Shown one piece after another: positions 11,901 to 23,842 of a DNA stretch of 64,000 nt. Each line of letters starts with the position of its first letter. Within the stretch, counting starts at the first letter, position 1. The DNA comes from Amphiscolops sp. MND2022 (lineage: Eukaryota): contig OZ076409.1 in assembly GCA_964187785.1 (NCBI GenBank), positions 11,720,001 through 11,784,000 on the forward strand, given 5' to 3'. A program made the translations under genes and the position numbers. The notes beneath the pieces were generated by a model. That model did no database searches. It was not told the origin of the DNA and was given only the letters and a program-made list of their open reading frames with translations.

Positions 11901-14290
11901 TCGCAATGGACGCTTCGTAAAGAGAACCTAGTTAAGGTTTTCGTGCCAACTTGATTTCAAGTCACGATAGCTGTTTTTGAGCTACCCATTTGTTGTTAGG
12001 CAGAGAGACATGCTTCTTCCAAAGGAGGCCAATTTCATAGTGACCGTCAACAAGTTTGGTAGTTTTCTTCAAGATGGAGAGAGCTTGCTGATCTTCACCA
12101 GACAGACTCTTTTTGCTACTAGTGATGCCAGAGCAATCAATGTGCATCCACTCTTGAACTTGCTGGAAGAGAGCTTCTTGTCGACATCGAAGATTTGTAA
12201 CGTTTGTGGCAGATGTTGTCAGAAGTGTCGAACGACCGGCAATTGTCCAACCAAGTTTTATCGACATAGCACAAGGTGTGTTGGGTGGCCCTCGAATCAC
12301 AGTACGACTATGGATGAGGTCGAATTGATCTGACCCGATGAAAAGATCGACAGTCGATTGTTTTAGGTACGGAAATGGGACGTGTTGCAGGTGAGGGTAT
12401 TGTTGGCACAATGAATTGATGGGCGCTGAATCAAATGTTGGGAGGTTCAAGATAGGCACCACCAAAACATTGCACAATGGCATTGCCGTTGCAGCTTTGT
12501 AAGGAGCAATTGTCAAGTCGAATGATATAGCAGCAACTGTTGATGTAGTGTTGACGCCTTCAAGAAGAATAGGGGACGACTCTGGTAAGTGACCGACTAA
12601 ATGTTCGGCAATTTTCTTGGTGATCAAAGACACTGAGCTGCCTGTGTCTAGAAGAGCGAACACGTCTGCAGTTTTACCACCCGATGAAACAGTCACAGGC
12701 ACAATTGGACGGAGACGGGGTTTAGCAGCCGCGAAGTGGACAGTGTGGAAGATTGAATTTGATTTTGACCTTGTCTGTCAATATGGAGCAAGGTGTGGTG
12801 TTTTTTCATACATCCAGGATGCTGACAAACTTTTGTTGACTTGCAATCATTGAAGGTATGGCCCTTCAGACAGTTGAAGCACAAGTGGTACTTCTTAGCG
12901 TAATTTTTGCGGTCTATTGGAGAAAATGCTTTGAAATGCTCGCAGCTCCCCAAGTAGGCACAACCTTTCTTCTCCGGACATAAACTAGGTTGAGAAGACA
13001 GTTTGACGAACGGCGTATTGGAATTTTGGCCTTGAGCTCGCGCATTTGTCGATGAGGTGGAACGCTTGTTGTGATTAGTGTCAGAGAAAGGAATAAAGCT
13101 GTCACGACAAGCTGTAGCGAAGTTTTGAAGCCAAGGAGCAAAATTTCTGAGCGACGGGTCTTTGATGTTTTGCGAAAGCACGTGGCGATTCCAATTTAGC
13201 CTAACATCGGACGGCAGTTTCGAAAGTGCACTTGTAAGATTGACGGTGGAGTGAATGTCTTGGAGAAAATTTAATTGAGTGAAGGTATCGACTAGAGAAG
13301 AGATGAAATTCGCATTGTTCGTAATGGAGTTCGGATCATCAATTGATGGTTGCCTGAATGTTTGGAGACGTTGAAGAAATGACATCACAAACGATCAGGT
13401 TTGCCGTATGTTGACTTCAATCTAGATAGTGCATACTGGTACATCGCGGGATTACAACCATAACCTGCCATAAATGCTTTTGCTTCTCCAGAGACAAGAG
13501 TTTGTAAGTGGATGATCTTTTCCGCTTGCGAAATTGCAGCGCTGTCGATGGTAGCGGAAAAAAGACCAAACCGATCGCCCTGGAAAACAGGTGGTTGAAT
13601 TTTAGGCAAGGTGAGTCAACATTGCGGTGGCACAGTATCGGTATTGTCATGAAGGGCGTTGGTTGTGCTGATGGACGCTGGATCAATAGCATTTTCACGC
13701 GTAGATGTGTCGACCGATTGCGTTATACCGAAAAGATTAGTTTGAAGATTGTTCGACAATGGCATATTGGGCTCAGATGTGGTTGATGAAAATGAAACGG
13801 TATTGGTTAATGGAGGTACAGCAGAAGAGTCGTCTCCGTGGGGATGATGCGAAGACGATGAAGAAGGAAGGTCAGAAATTGCAGCAGAGTTACTACCGCT
13901 ACAAGAGGACTTTTTGCTTCTAGTCACAGATACCTTGAAGCGACGAATGTCGAGTTTGATAGATGTCAATTTGTTGGCATGAGAAGCGAAGTCTGTGGTT
14001 GAGTTGTGAAGGGCTAAAGATTTCGTCAATCGAACAAGCTCAGCTTCAGCAACTGTTAATTCCGACGTAACGGAACTAATATCATAAAAATCTGTGTAGT
14101 TAGTCAGCAAATCATTGCCAAAAGATATCAAACTTGCAAGTTCTTCCTGCTGTAACAAAATGAGGCTGTGGATAGTTTTGATTTCAGAAGGCTCAGAGTC
14201 GACAGTTTGAGTGTCGGCCGAGACGTCAACAATGGCATCGTCACCGTTAGACGGCTCACGATTGCGTAAATTATAAGTTTTGGGAGGCAT
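8910..14290 (-). pseudogene. BEL/Pao gag-pol polyprotein broken by multiple frameshifts and stops
   Basis: ATG 14290 (MPPKTYNLR). Gag segment PKIQPPVFQGD..EKIIHLQTLV; Cys/His boxes CFNCLKGHTFNDC..CQHPGCMKKHHTLLH; protease ALLDTGS; RT ADIEAMF, FGATESP, YMD(Y); RNase H VFNDASEKA, NPADDGTRG; integrase H..H..CIPC, GLDFVGP, SDNAT, PITPNNFL. Confidence 0.93.
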
Positions 14291-14424
14291 TGCGAAGCAG
14301 CTGAAAAATTTCGATGGAAACGAAAGATGTTTCTTTTTCGGGAAGATGTTACGAACGACTAATCTCACCCTGGTCGACCCGTGCGAGTTAACGCACTTTG
14401 AGTGTCACAAGGATCAAAAAATCG

Positions 14425-15020
14425 TTAGCAACAGATGTTATTGATGAGCCTGTCTCGCTTGTTTTTACGCTGTTTCTTCAGGAGTGAAACAATGTTTTGT
14501 TGATGCTTGACTACAATGCGAAGTAAATGGGAATCCAAGGCAAGCGAAGGGTGAACACTACTCAACGAACGTATGACAGAAGGAGTCCTTCGTTTTCGTT
14601 GAGACAACAATTTATTTTGAGCGTCTAAAATAAGGGTTCCAGATGAAAAAAGTTCTTTCAGGATGTTTGGACTTCCGCTCCGTTGAACGTAAACAAGGGC
14701 GCGGATGCGATTACGGATTTCAAAGAGCAGTTGAATTAACTCTTCAGGTGACAAAATGTGTAATTGTTGCTCTGATGCTTCGAGAGACTGTTATTAATGA
14801 CGTCGTGCCAAATGACTATGTTTTGTTTGCGTGCTAGTGGGCCACGACGAAGAAGATTTTGCAAAACTTTGAAACGATAATTCGAAGAATTGTTGAAACT
14901 GAGTCCTCGTATTGCAAAGGATCTTTTGGAGAGTGAATAACGAAAGGAATGAGGGATGGACGTTGACTTTAGGATATTATCGAGACAGCTGGCTCCGATG
15001 ATAAACATAATGAAAGACAT
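14425..15020 (-). pseudogene. Extra ORF upstream of gag (~198 aa after repairing one frameshift near 14755), SGNH/GDSL-hydrolase-fold-like
   Basis: ORFs 14736-15020 and 14425-14754 join with a 1-nt repair. Ordered motifs FIIGAS, AIRGLS, IVIWHDVINN..SPEEL, SVHPS match SGNH blocks I, II, III and V by eye. Confidence 0.6.
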
Positions 15021-15247
15021 AAAAGATGATAATAACGTAACAAATGCGAAACATAACGAAACGAATTAAAAAGTAGATGAAACAAAAAATTATACTCCTC
15101 AAAGTTGTTCGAGTATATCAAATAAAACAAAAGCGACGGATGAACAGGAGACGTAACGAAGATTGGAACAACTAGAAAGAAGAATCCCAGAGACGAAACG
15201 AATTGGAACCAACGTGGTAACAGACACGAAGAATGGGATCGACTTTA

Positions 15248-15261
15248 CACGTTGGGCGCCA
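15248..15261 (-). promoter_or_regulatory. Primer-binding site complementary to the tRNA-Lys 3' end
   Basis: Minus strand TGGCGCCCAACGTG, 6 nt inside the 5' LTR. Identical to the first 14 nt of the known tRNA-Lys1,2 PBS TGGCGCCCAACGTGGGGC. Confidence 0.85.
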
Positions 15262-15267
15262 AAATTA

Positions 15268-15696
15268 TGTTACTGACCTCGCATAAAGATGAATTCGTCG
15301 TAGAAGTCGTGGGGACAGTGGCCATAAAATGAGTGGTCAGGAAATATCCGGAAACACTGTCTAAGATTAGCAAAAGGTTGAGACCAGTAAAATAACTGAT
15401 ATTATAAAAAGTATATTTTTTATATAAGAGTTTATAGAAAAAGAGGAGGGGTAACACAGAGGGGACAGTTTCGAAATATATTTACCTGAGGAATTGCTTT
15501 CCTCTTTCTCTTTTCTTTTCTTGAATTTCGTTTCTATAACTTGCAAAGGCGCAAAGATTAATTTTCGAATAATTTCATTCGGGAGAACTTGCAATGAGCA
15601 AATACGAGTTAAACAACAATTGAAAAACTACTCAAAAGATTTCACGTATGAATCAGAATCAAAGAAATTCATCGATCAAAATGTTCAGTCACAACA
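15268..15696 (-). repeat. 5' LTR of BEL/Pao element
   Basis: Direct repeat of 8413-8841, adjacent to the PBS. Confidence 0.95.
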
Positions 15697-17207
15697 AAAG
15701 GGAACGTTTTCCTGTACGTTTGCAAGCATAAAAACAATTTCACTGTACCAAAAATATGAGAGGACTCCTTTGGACCTAAAAGGCTTTTTTGCATTTGTTC
15801 TTACAAAAAATGTTACTTACTTCGAATATAACGTCAAAGTTCAGATATGGTTTCTTTGTTTTTAGAATCCGAAATTTTAAAGTTATTAAATTATATCCGA
15901 AGAAAAGGGCGTTTTACTAAGAAGGAAACGGAGGTTCCCAAATTTTGACGTTATATCCGATGTAAATTGCGCTTCACTTTTTGCACGCTTTGATCTTTAA
16001 CTGGGGCGGTGAGTTGAGGCGTTCTCGTCTTGTGGGTTAAATTGCGGCTGTTTTTTCGAAGACTGTTGACACTAGCGCAAAGAAACTTACGTCCCTGATG
16101 TAACTATTTGCATACTAATACTAGCGATGGTGATATCGCACTTCATCTTTTCTTGTCAGGTGAGATTTCAATATGCGCTTTCGATATAACGCTCATATCG
16201 TCCAGCCGAAACGTCCGAAGTTTACCACGTTTTCATCAGTATCTCGACAATCAATGATCACACTGTCTAGTTTCAGAACATTTTGTTTCTTTGCTAAAAG
16301 TAGCAAGCCGGAACGGCCAAAGTCGTCGTTATACCTAAGGCTCGAAAAGCGCAAACTTTTTAAAAGCGCAGTGCTCAGGACGTTTTTCAAGGAAAACTCG
16401 CAAAAAAGTTCGAAACACCCAAAAGGTGCATTTAGTGCTCACAAAACGCGTCAGAGATTCGGATATAGCGTGCTGAGACAAATGCAAGCGCTTTTTTCGA
16501 TCCTACGGCTCCTCCTCAGTAAAACGCAAATTACTTCGGATTTAACGTCCAAAGTTCGGATATAGCGTGCGGACGTACTACCTACTGGGCCGGTGACTAA
16601 GATATCCACATACCTAAATGGAAAGGTAATAAAGTGGAGATTTGGCAGAATTTGAAAAAAACGCTTCATAGATGTGGATTTTCCTTCCCCTACACAATAA
16701 ATTGTGGTGGTGGAAAATAAAAACTAAAATTCAACTGTTTCTTACGGTACCCTTGAATGTATTTCAGATTTTGGGCTAATTTTTTTTCATTTTTGAAGTT
16801 ACATTTTCCCGAAAAATCACAGAAAGCCCAAAAAGTCTACAAATGGTGAACAACCCTAAGATCTCGCGTAACTTTTCAAACTTCAAAAAAATCCGGTATT
16901 GGATTTTACAGCACGAACTCCTGTTCTAACATCACACACACTAACCGTGCGTGATTTCCCATATTGCGTACTTGAGACATTAACGTGTGAAAATGACGTG
17001 ATCGAGACGGTGAAGAAAGGGAAAGATTTTCAGTTCTAAATGAACTAGTGGCAACTGAAGTGTGTTTCTACAAGGGGTTTCCGTACAGTCTCTCAGAATT
17101 TTCCTTGTTTTGTAAAAAACATTAGCCTCGCACGCATGAAAAACTCCGAGCTGATTCAGCTAAGCACGTTACTGATTTTGCGATGTGTGCCTCGCATGAC
17201 AAGAAAA

Positions 17208-17734
17208 ACAAGCCGGGAACGGCCCAAGTCGGCGCCATATCTAAGGCTCAAAAAGACTCGAAAACGAAAACCACTTTTTCTACAACTGCAGACAACAAAA
17301 GCTCTCAAAAAAACTAAAAATTGAGAAAAAAAATTCCATTTTTTTCGAAAGTTTTTTGAAGTTTCCGGTAAGTCGCATAGTGCCGAAAAATGTAAAAGGG
17401 GGACGCTTTGGGATTTTTTGAACATCCATTCTGTTGCAAAATATCAAAAATTGATGGGAGGAACAATAAAAAAAATTCGGAAAAAAATCAGTCTCACAGT
17501 GCCGGAAAAAGGAGGAAAGTCTCATAGTGTCGAAAAAAGTGGACCCTTCTGCTTTGGAGTGGCTTTTTATCTCATGTTAGAGGCTTTGGATGCGTTGAAA
17601 ATGAAGTACTACGTACATATGGTAAAAGTTGGTAAATGTGCATTAATGCACAAAAAGTGGACGTTTCGCATTGAACTGACGAAAAAAAACTAGCCACTGG
17701 AAGAGTCGGGAGTTTCTTCGAAAACGCCGACTAA
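17208..17734 (-). mobile_element. HINE copy with identifiable empty sites
   Basis: Subterminal inverted repeat AGTCGGCG/CGCCGACT and terminal hairpin GCCG-GGAA-CGGC. The flanks GCATGACAAGAAA|CAACACG are contiguous at 18745-18770 and 23563-23590. Confidence 0.88.
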
Positions 17735-17739
17735 CAACA

Positions 17740-19572
17740 CGAACTCCATAATTTCATTTTTCAAAAGAATTATCTAATATTATTCAACTTGTGTGAGGAA
17801 AATTATTCAAACAATCAACTTTAGAGTTGATTTTTTGCAATCTGGATATTCTTCTTTCGGAATTGGAAAAGTTAAGGAAAAAATTCTTCGACTTTTGACA
17901 CGCGGTTTGACATTCGACAAAGTATCTTATTCAACAGTTTCTCCATTCGAAAATTTCCGCTCTTGCCAAGTCAAATTATTCAGCCGCTGAAAATTTGCTG
18001 ACAAAAGTGACATGAGGAAACTAAAAAGTCAAACTGATTTTTATCGGAGAAAGCAAAGTGCCAACTGAATTTGCGAATGGTTCGCTCAAGGTCGTGTGTT
18101 TTCAATATATCAATGACATATATCAATGACTTCTATGCATTGTTTGCGTCCATTGATTGTTGAGATTGTCATGTTACAGTTTGAAACGTTATATACATTT
18201 TGAAAGTTGTTGGGTAAATCATTCGAAAAAAGTTTGAATGACATGAAAGAGCCCCGACGTCACAAAATTGCTGCAAATTGCTGACGCAAACGAAATTTCA
18301 TTAATTGTCATCTTTGACGTAAGCAACGCCTGAACGTCTCATTCTTCCTTGTTACAGATTATAATAAAAAACGCCCTTTGAAGGAATTTTCGAGTCAATA
18401 TCTTTCTACTTGCCGACTTCTCTAATTAGCTATCTCGATCAGAAATTGATGCTTCATCGTAATGGAATAATTTATTAATTTGCGTAGAATACTTTAATTC
18501 GAAACAATTAGAAAAAGTTGATCAAAAATTTCCCCAAGATTCTATCCCTAGGATTAATTCATAAGTAATTCATAACCCTAGAGGGGAAAAAGAGGAAATA
18601 TTTTTAGTTCTAACGGAAATAGTGGAAGTTGCATTGTAATCCTGGTTTTCCCATGCAGTCTCCCAGAATTTCCATATTTTGTAAAAAAAACTAGCCTCGC
18701 AGGCATGATAAACCTCCCAGTAGTTTCAACTAGTGATGTTACCTCGCATGACAAAAGAAACAACACGATTTTCATAATATCATATTTCAAAAGAATTATC
18801 TAATATATTCAACTTGTGTGTGCGAAATTATTCATATAATCAACTTTAGAGTTGATTTTTTGCAATCTGGATATTCTTCTTTCGGAATTGGAAAAGTTAA
18901 GGAAAAAATTCTTCGACTTTTGACACGCGGTTTGACATTCGACAAAGTATCTTATTCAACAGTTTCTCCATTCGAAAATTTCCGCTCTTGCCAAGTCAAA
19001 TTATTCAGCCGCTGAAAATTTGCTTACAAAAGTGACATGAGGAAACTAAAAAGTCAAACTGATTTTTATCGGAGAAAGCAAAGTGCCAACTGAATTTGCG
19101 AATGGTTCGCTCAAGGTCGTGTGTTTTCAATATATCAATGACATATATCAATGACTTCTATGCATTGTTTGCGTCCATTGATTGTTGAGATATTCATGTT
19201 ACAGTTTGAAACGTTATATACATTTTGAAAGTTGTTGGGTAAATCATTCGAAAAAAGTTTGAATGACATGAAAGAGACCCGACGTCACAAAATTGCTGCA
19301 AATTGCTGACGCAAACGAAATTTCATTAATTGTCATCTTTGACGTAAGCAACGCTTGAACGTCTCAATCTCCCTTGTTACAGATGATGGTAAAAAACGCC
19401 CTTTGAAGGAATTTTCAAGTCAATATCTTTCTACTTGCCGACTTCTCTAATTAGCTATCGCGATCAGTAATTGATGCTTCATCGCAATGGAATAATTTTT
19501 AAATTTGCGTAGAATACTTTAATTCGAAACGATTAGAAAAAGTCAATCGAAATTTTTCCCAAGACTATCCCT
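17740..19572. repeat. Recent tandem duplication (~0.8 kb near-identical units 17740-18550 and 18765-19572)
   Basis: Long identical stretches; ORFs 17793-17990 and 18818-19015 are near-identical translations. Confidence 0.92.
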
Positions 19573-19749
19573 AGTCGATCGAATTACTTGTTAAGCTCTC
19601 TTCCTGGTTCAAGTGTGAGCCATATATCCCAAAGGGTATGACGAGTAAAAAAAAAACAAACCAACCATGTACTTGGAAGAACCCCAACCAAATTTTCCGC
19701 AACCAAAAAGTTTGAAGTAACTTTTTTTCTCAATTTCATCTAAGAATTG

Positions 19750-20172
19750 GGCTCTTTTCTGTTTTCCCCCCACCACCAGAAAATTTTTTGAAAAATTAGT
19801 GAAAATCTAATAACAAAAAGACTTGAATACAAATCAGAAAACTTCAAAGTTACATTTATTCTCAGTGTGACAGTTTAGGATTCAGATACAAACTTTGTTC
19901 ACATTTTTTCAATATGTAGTCACGCATTTTTGATGAAGAAATCAACAGCTTCCTGTTTTGAGTAATCAATAAACACTTAATGCGAACATAATTATAGCCA
20001 AAAAGCGTGAACAATGTTTTGTTCAAGCAAAAAACTAATCCATTAGACGTTCCAATAGACGTTATCTTCCCATTATGAAAGAAGGTTTTACTTTTAATTG
20101 GGGTAGTCTAAAGTTTTTAAAGAAATTTACTTCCAAAAATTTTGGTGGTGGGGGGGAAAACAGAAAAGAGCC
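19750..20172. mobile_element. MITE, TIR GGCTCTTTTCTGTTTTCCCCCACCACCA, 8-bp TSD (Merlin-like)
   Basis: TSD AAGAATTG at 19742-19749 and 20173-20180; second copy at 25052-25371. Confidence 0.88.
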
Positions 20173-21233
20173 AAGAATTGTTATCAGTGTAAATGTCCAT
20201 AAAGACCTTAATTGAGCACTTCTTACTTTAGTTGAGGGAAAATGATGGCCTAAAATACATCACGGAGGCATATGTCGATGACTTTTGACGACGTTCCAAA
20301 GTGCTTCCCAAAAAGTGTTTCAAACTGACCATATTGGAAAAGTTTGCTATATTTCCTTAAATACGTCAACTTTTTCTTTAGTTGAACTTTGGGCTACTTT
20401 GGATAATGAAGAATTGTAAATTACCATTAGTACTTTTCTCAGAAGAGATGGAATATGAGCTTTACTCAAAATATTTGCCGTTCTTCTCCAATTCATCAGA
20501 ATACCCAAAATGTTAGCATCGGACTTTTAAAGTCATCTTAATTTTTCGCATTTTAAATTTTTTGTGTAATTCAGAAAATGTTTTCCAACAAATTTTGTCG
20601 TAACTCAGTTTAAGCCCATACGAGAAGTGCTTAGCTGTTACCTAGCGCAGTTGGTTTTGTACATGCAAGTGTATCTGTAATCGTTTTCTTGGACCACTGA
20701 TCACTTTGAGAACTGAATCTGAAACAAGATGCTGCCTACTGATATAACGTAATTCATGTGCATTTTACAAGCAAAACGCATTCGAACTTGGAATATAAAG
20801 CTCTTGAGAATTCACAATTCTTATTTTCAACGGACAAAGGTTGTTACAAGATAGTTACATCAATCATCTTTAAAAGATGATACGTTATATGGAAATCTGT
20901 TGAAATGTTTCTTTACATTAAAGAAAAAAAACAAACCACCGATCGAAACTAATTTTATAGCTCCAAAAAAACTGGAACAAGAAGCGCAGTGTCGCTGCGA
21001 TGATTCCGTGTAATTACAAGACGCCGTCACAAAAAAACACCATCGCACACTTTCACGCAGCAACTATTTGAAAAAGAAACAATCAGAAGGAAACTTCAAC
21101 AAACGCTTCTACACAACTCGCAACTAGAGTTAAAGCATTTATTTGCGCACCTGGGGTTTCGATATGACAGTTTACGATTATTCTTTCCAACACCTTCTAA
21201 TCGATCAAACTTGAAATGACAGACAAAAAATCA

Positions 21234-21792
21234 ACAAGCCGGGAACGGCCCAAGTCGGCACCATATTTAAGGCTCAAAAATAGCAAAAGGACTTCAATGT
21301 GTCAAGTATTCTCTTCTACAGTACCCGCGTGAGAGAAAATAGGAGAAAAATCCATTTTTTGAATTTTTTTTGGTTATTTTTTCTGAATGTTTTTTCGAAT
21401 TTTTTCAATTTTTTTGGTCTCCGGTAAGTCGCATAGTGCCGAAAGAATGTAAAAGGGGGCCCTTGGGGAGTTTTTGAACATCTATTCTTTTGCAAAATAG
21501 AAAAAAATGAAGAGGGTGACCCTTTGGAGATATTAAAAGCATTTGCGAAAAAAAAGTCTCACAAAGCCGGAAAAAAACCTGCACAAAAAATTTTGGTCAT
21601 GGGCGGGACTCGAACCCGTCCTTCTGCTTGGCAGACCTCAAAAAATCCTCCAAAAATTAGAAGCAGAAGAAGCTACATTAGTGTGGCAGTTAGTGAAAGC
21701 CAGCTTGTAAACCTTATAAAATCTGTCACTTCGTTGGTCTGAAAAAAAGTCACTGCTATTGTCTGCGTTTTTCTGCGAAAAGCGCCGACTAA
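21234..21792 (-). mobile_element. HINE copy carrying tRNA-like module (21594-21637)
   Basis: Both family ends intact (ACAAGCCGGGAACGGCCCAAGTCGGCAC ... GCGCCGACTAA). Confidence 0.88.
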
Positions 21793-21917
21793 AAAATAGA
21801 TTATACTGAACTTTGAATCGTTATACATTATTTTGATACAGTTCAGTTTGAAAACTTACATAAAAATTGTTGGATAAACACGCAATTTCGACCCAGGTGC
21901 GTAAACTTTTCGGGGGA

Positions 21918-22170
21918 GAATGGGTAGTGGTTGGATCATTCGGCCTGCACAGTGGCGGTATCATGTTCGAATCTTTCTCGACTCACCATTGTTGGAGTTT
22001 GAACAAGTCCTCCATCCCTAGCTTGGCATGGTCAATGACAGAAAATAATCCATTTGGCGAAGAGAAGCAAATTTTAAAAAAGCAATTGTGAGCAGTCAGA
22101 CTTGTGGCTCTGAGCAAGTCACTTTGAAACCACGGCTTCAAGTCCACCATTGCTTGACCATTTTGCTACA
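21918..22170 (+). repeat. Decayed tRNA-derived SINE with CORE-like motif
   Basis: A-box-like GGGTAGTGG, B-box-like TGTTCGAATCT, TCACCA end, then TGTGGCTCTGAGCAAGTCACTT. Confidence 0.5.
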
Positions 22171-22282
22171 AATATGGTACTATAGCTTGCTATGGGGAGA
22201 TAGTATCCGAAAGGGCGCCGGCTTAGAAAAGCAGACTGCTGATTCGGCGCCTACCCCGCGGAATTGGATTTTCACTTCACTT

Positions 22283-22521
22283 TCCGATCTTTATGGATGC
22301 ATTCGGCACTGTTTTTGAATTTGTTCCACACTTCAAGAGAGAATTCGTTTCTCCCACTAGCAAGCTATGATACTAGCTAGCAGCCAAGTGGTCTAATTCA
22401 AGTTAAATTAGACCACTTGGCTGCTAGCTAGTATCATAGCTTGCTAGTGGGAGGAATGAACTCTCTTCTGAAGTGTGGAACAAAATCAAAAACAGTGCCG
22501 AATGCATCCAAAAAGCTCGGA
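22283..22521. repeat. Long inverted repeat (7-nt loop 22399-22405)
   Basis: Inner ~48 bp of the arms perfectly complementary; outer ~65 bp imperfect. Confidence 0.93.
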
Positions 22522-23346
22522 ACGTTTTTCTATCTGAGAACATCAACAAAACCAAAACGCCTAAAGTCGGTGCCTCACTTAATGTTCAAAAAGTGCAGTT
22601 TTCAAAATATGTTCAATGAGTTTTGAAAGGAAATCTTGAAGTGTGTGTCTCACAAGAGTGTCAAAAAACCTACAATCAGCATTTCGTGTTTAAAAAACGT
22701 TTTTCTCTAACTGAAAACATCAGAAAAGGAAATGTTCGAAAAACTTGGAGGACGAACTTTCAGCCCTATATAGTTTCAAACATACGGTTAAACTGAAAAA
22801 CTTAAACCTCGTAACCTATTGGCCTGTTACGATGCCCTTTAGAACTTAGACCTAAAGTCTGTGGGAAACGGACCATTCAGTGTGACACTCAGTGGTATAG
22901 AAAAATTGAGAAAAAAATAATAACTCTAATATTCGGATCTATTTTCTCATAACGTACACTGACTAAAAGCACCAAAATGAAGACCACTTCATGAAACCAT
23001 TTTTTTTTCAAAAAGCCGACAGGGCCCAAGGAAACCAAGAGGTGACCCTTTACACCTTTGCACTCATACAGTTTGGTTCATCAAAAAAAACTAAAATCCA
23101 AGTACGGTACCTCTGGAAATTGAGGGTAACTTTTTTCAAGAATTGGATTAACAATTTTTTCCCGAAAAGTGTTAGAAAGCCCAAAAGACTACAAATGGTG
23201 AACCCTAAGGTCTCGTCTAGTTTTGCAAACTTCAAAAAATCCGGCATTGGATTCGACGTCACGAACGCCTGCTCTAATATCACGCACACTAACCGTGGGT
23301 GATTACCCATATTGCGTACTTGAGAAATTGACGTGTGAAAACCACG

Positions 23347-23350
<4 letters not shown>

Positions 23351-23395
<45 letters not shown>
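23351..23395. repeat. (AG)n microsatellite
   Basis: About 22 AG units; not expanded at the paralogous position ~17000. Confidence 0.97.
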
Positions 23396-23396
<1 letters not shown>

Positions 23397-23625
23397 GTGA
23401 AAAAGTGGAAATATTTTCAGTTCTAATGGAAATAGTGGAAGCTGCATTGTAATCCTGGTTTTCCCATACAGTCTCCCGGAATTTTCCATATTTTGTAATA
23501 AAAAAACTAGCCTCGCAGGCATGATAAACCTCCCAGTAGATTCAACTATTGATGTTACCTCGCATGACAAAAGAAACAACACGATTTTCAAAATTTCATA
23601 TTTTAAAAGAATTATCTAATAATAT

Positions 23626-23842
23626 TCAACTTGTGTGTGCGAAATTATTCATATAATCAACTTTAGAGTTGATTTTTTGCAATCTGTGGATATTCTTCTT
23701 AGTTTTTTCCATCTGACTAGATACTCCAGAATCGGTGCTTCTTTCGGCGCTAACATGTTTCTTGTTTTTACTCATGCTCAAAATAGCAGCATGCTGGCGA
23801 TCCACTGTTTTTCGTAGAGCAGATTCCACGTCATTGTCTTTC
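23626..23842 (-). CDS. Coiled-coil protein gene, predicted terminal exon 4
   Basis: Acceptor AATCAG|G, phase 2, matches the exon 3 GC donor. Reads (R)KDNDVESALRKTVDRQHAAIL...NNFAHTS-stop. The summed CDS of 2379 nt is in frame. Confidence 0.65.

Larger units (their letters stand above)
8413..15696 (-). mobile_element. BEL/Pao LTR retrotransposon, structurally complete, coding region frameshifted
   Basis: Direct-repeat LTRs TG...CA at 8413-8841 and 15268-15696; 5-bp TSD AAAGG (8408-8412, 15697-15701); PBS and PPT on the minus strand; domain order gag-PR-RT-RH-IN with BEL-type motifs. Confidence 0.96.
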
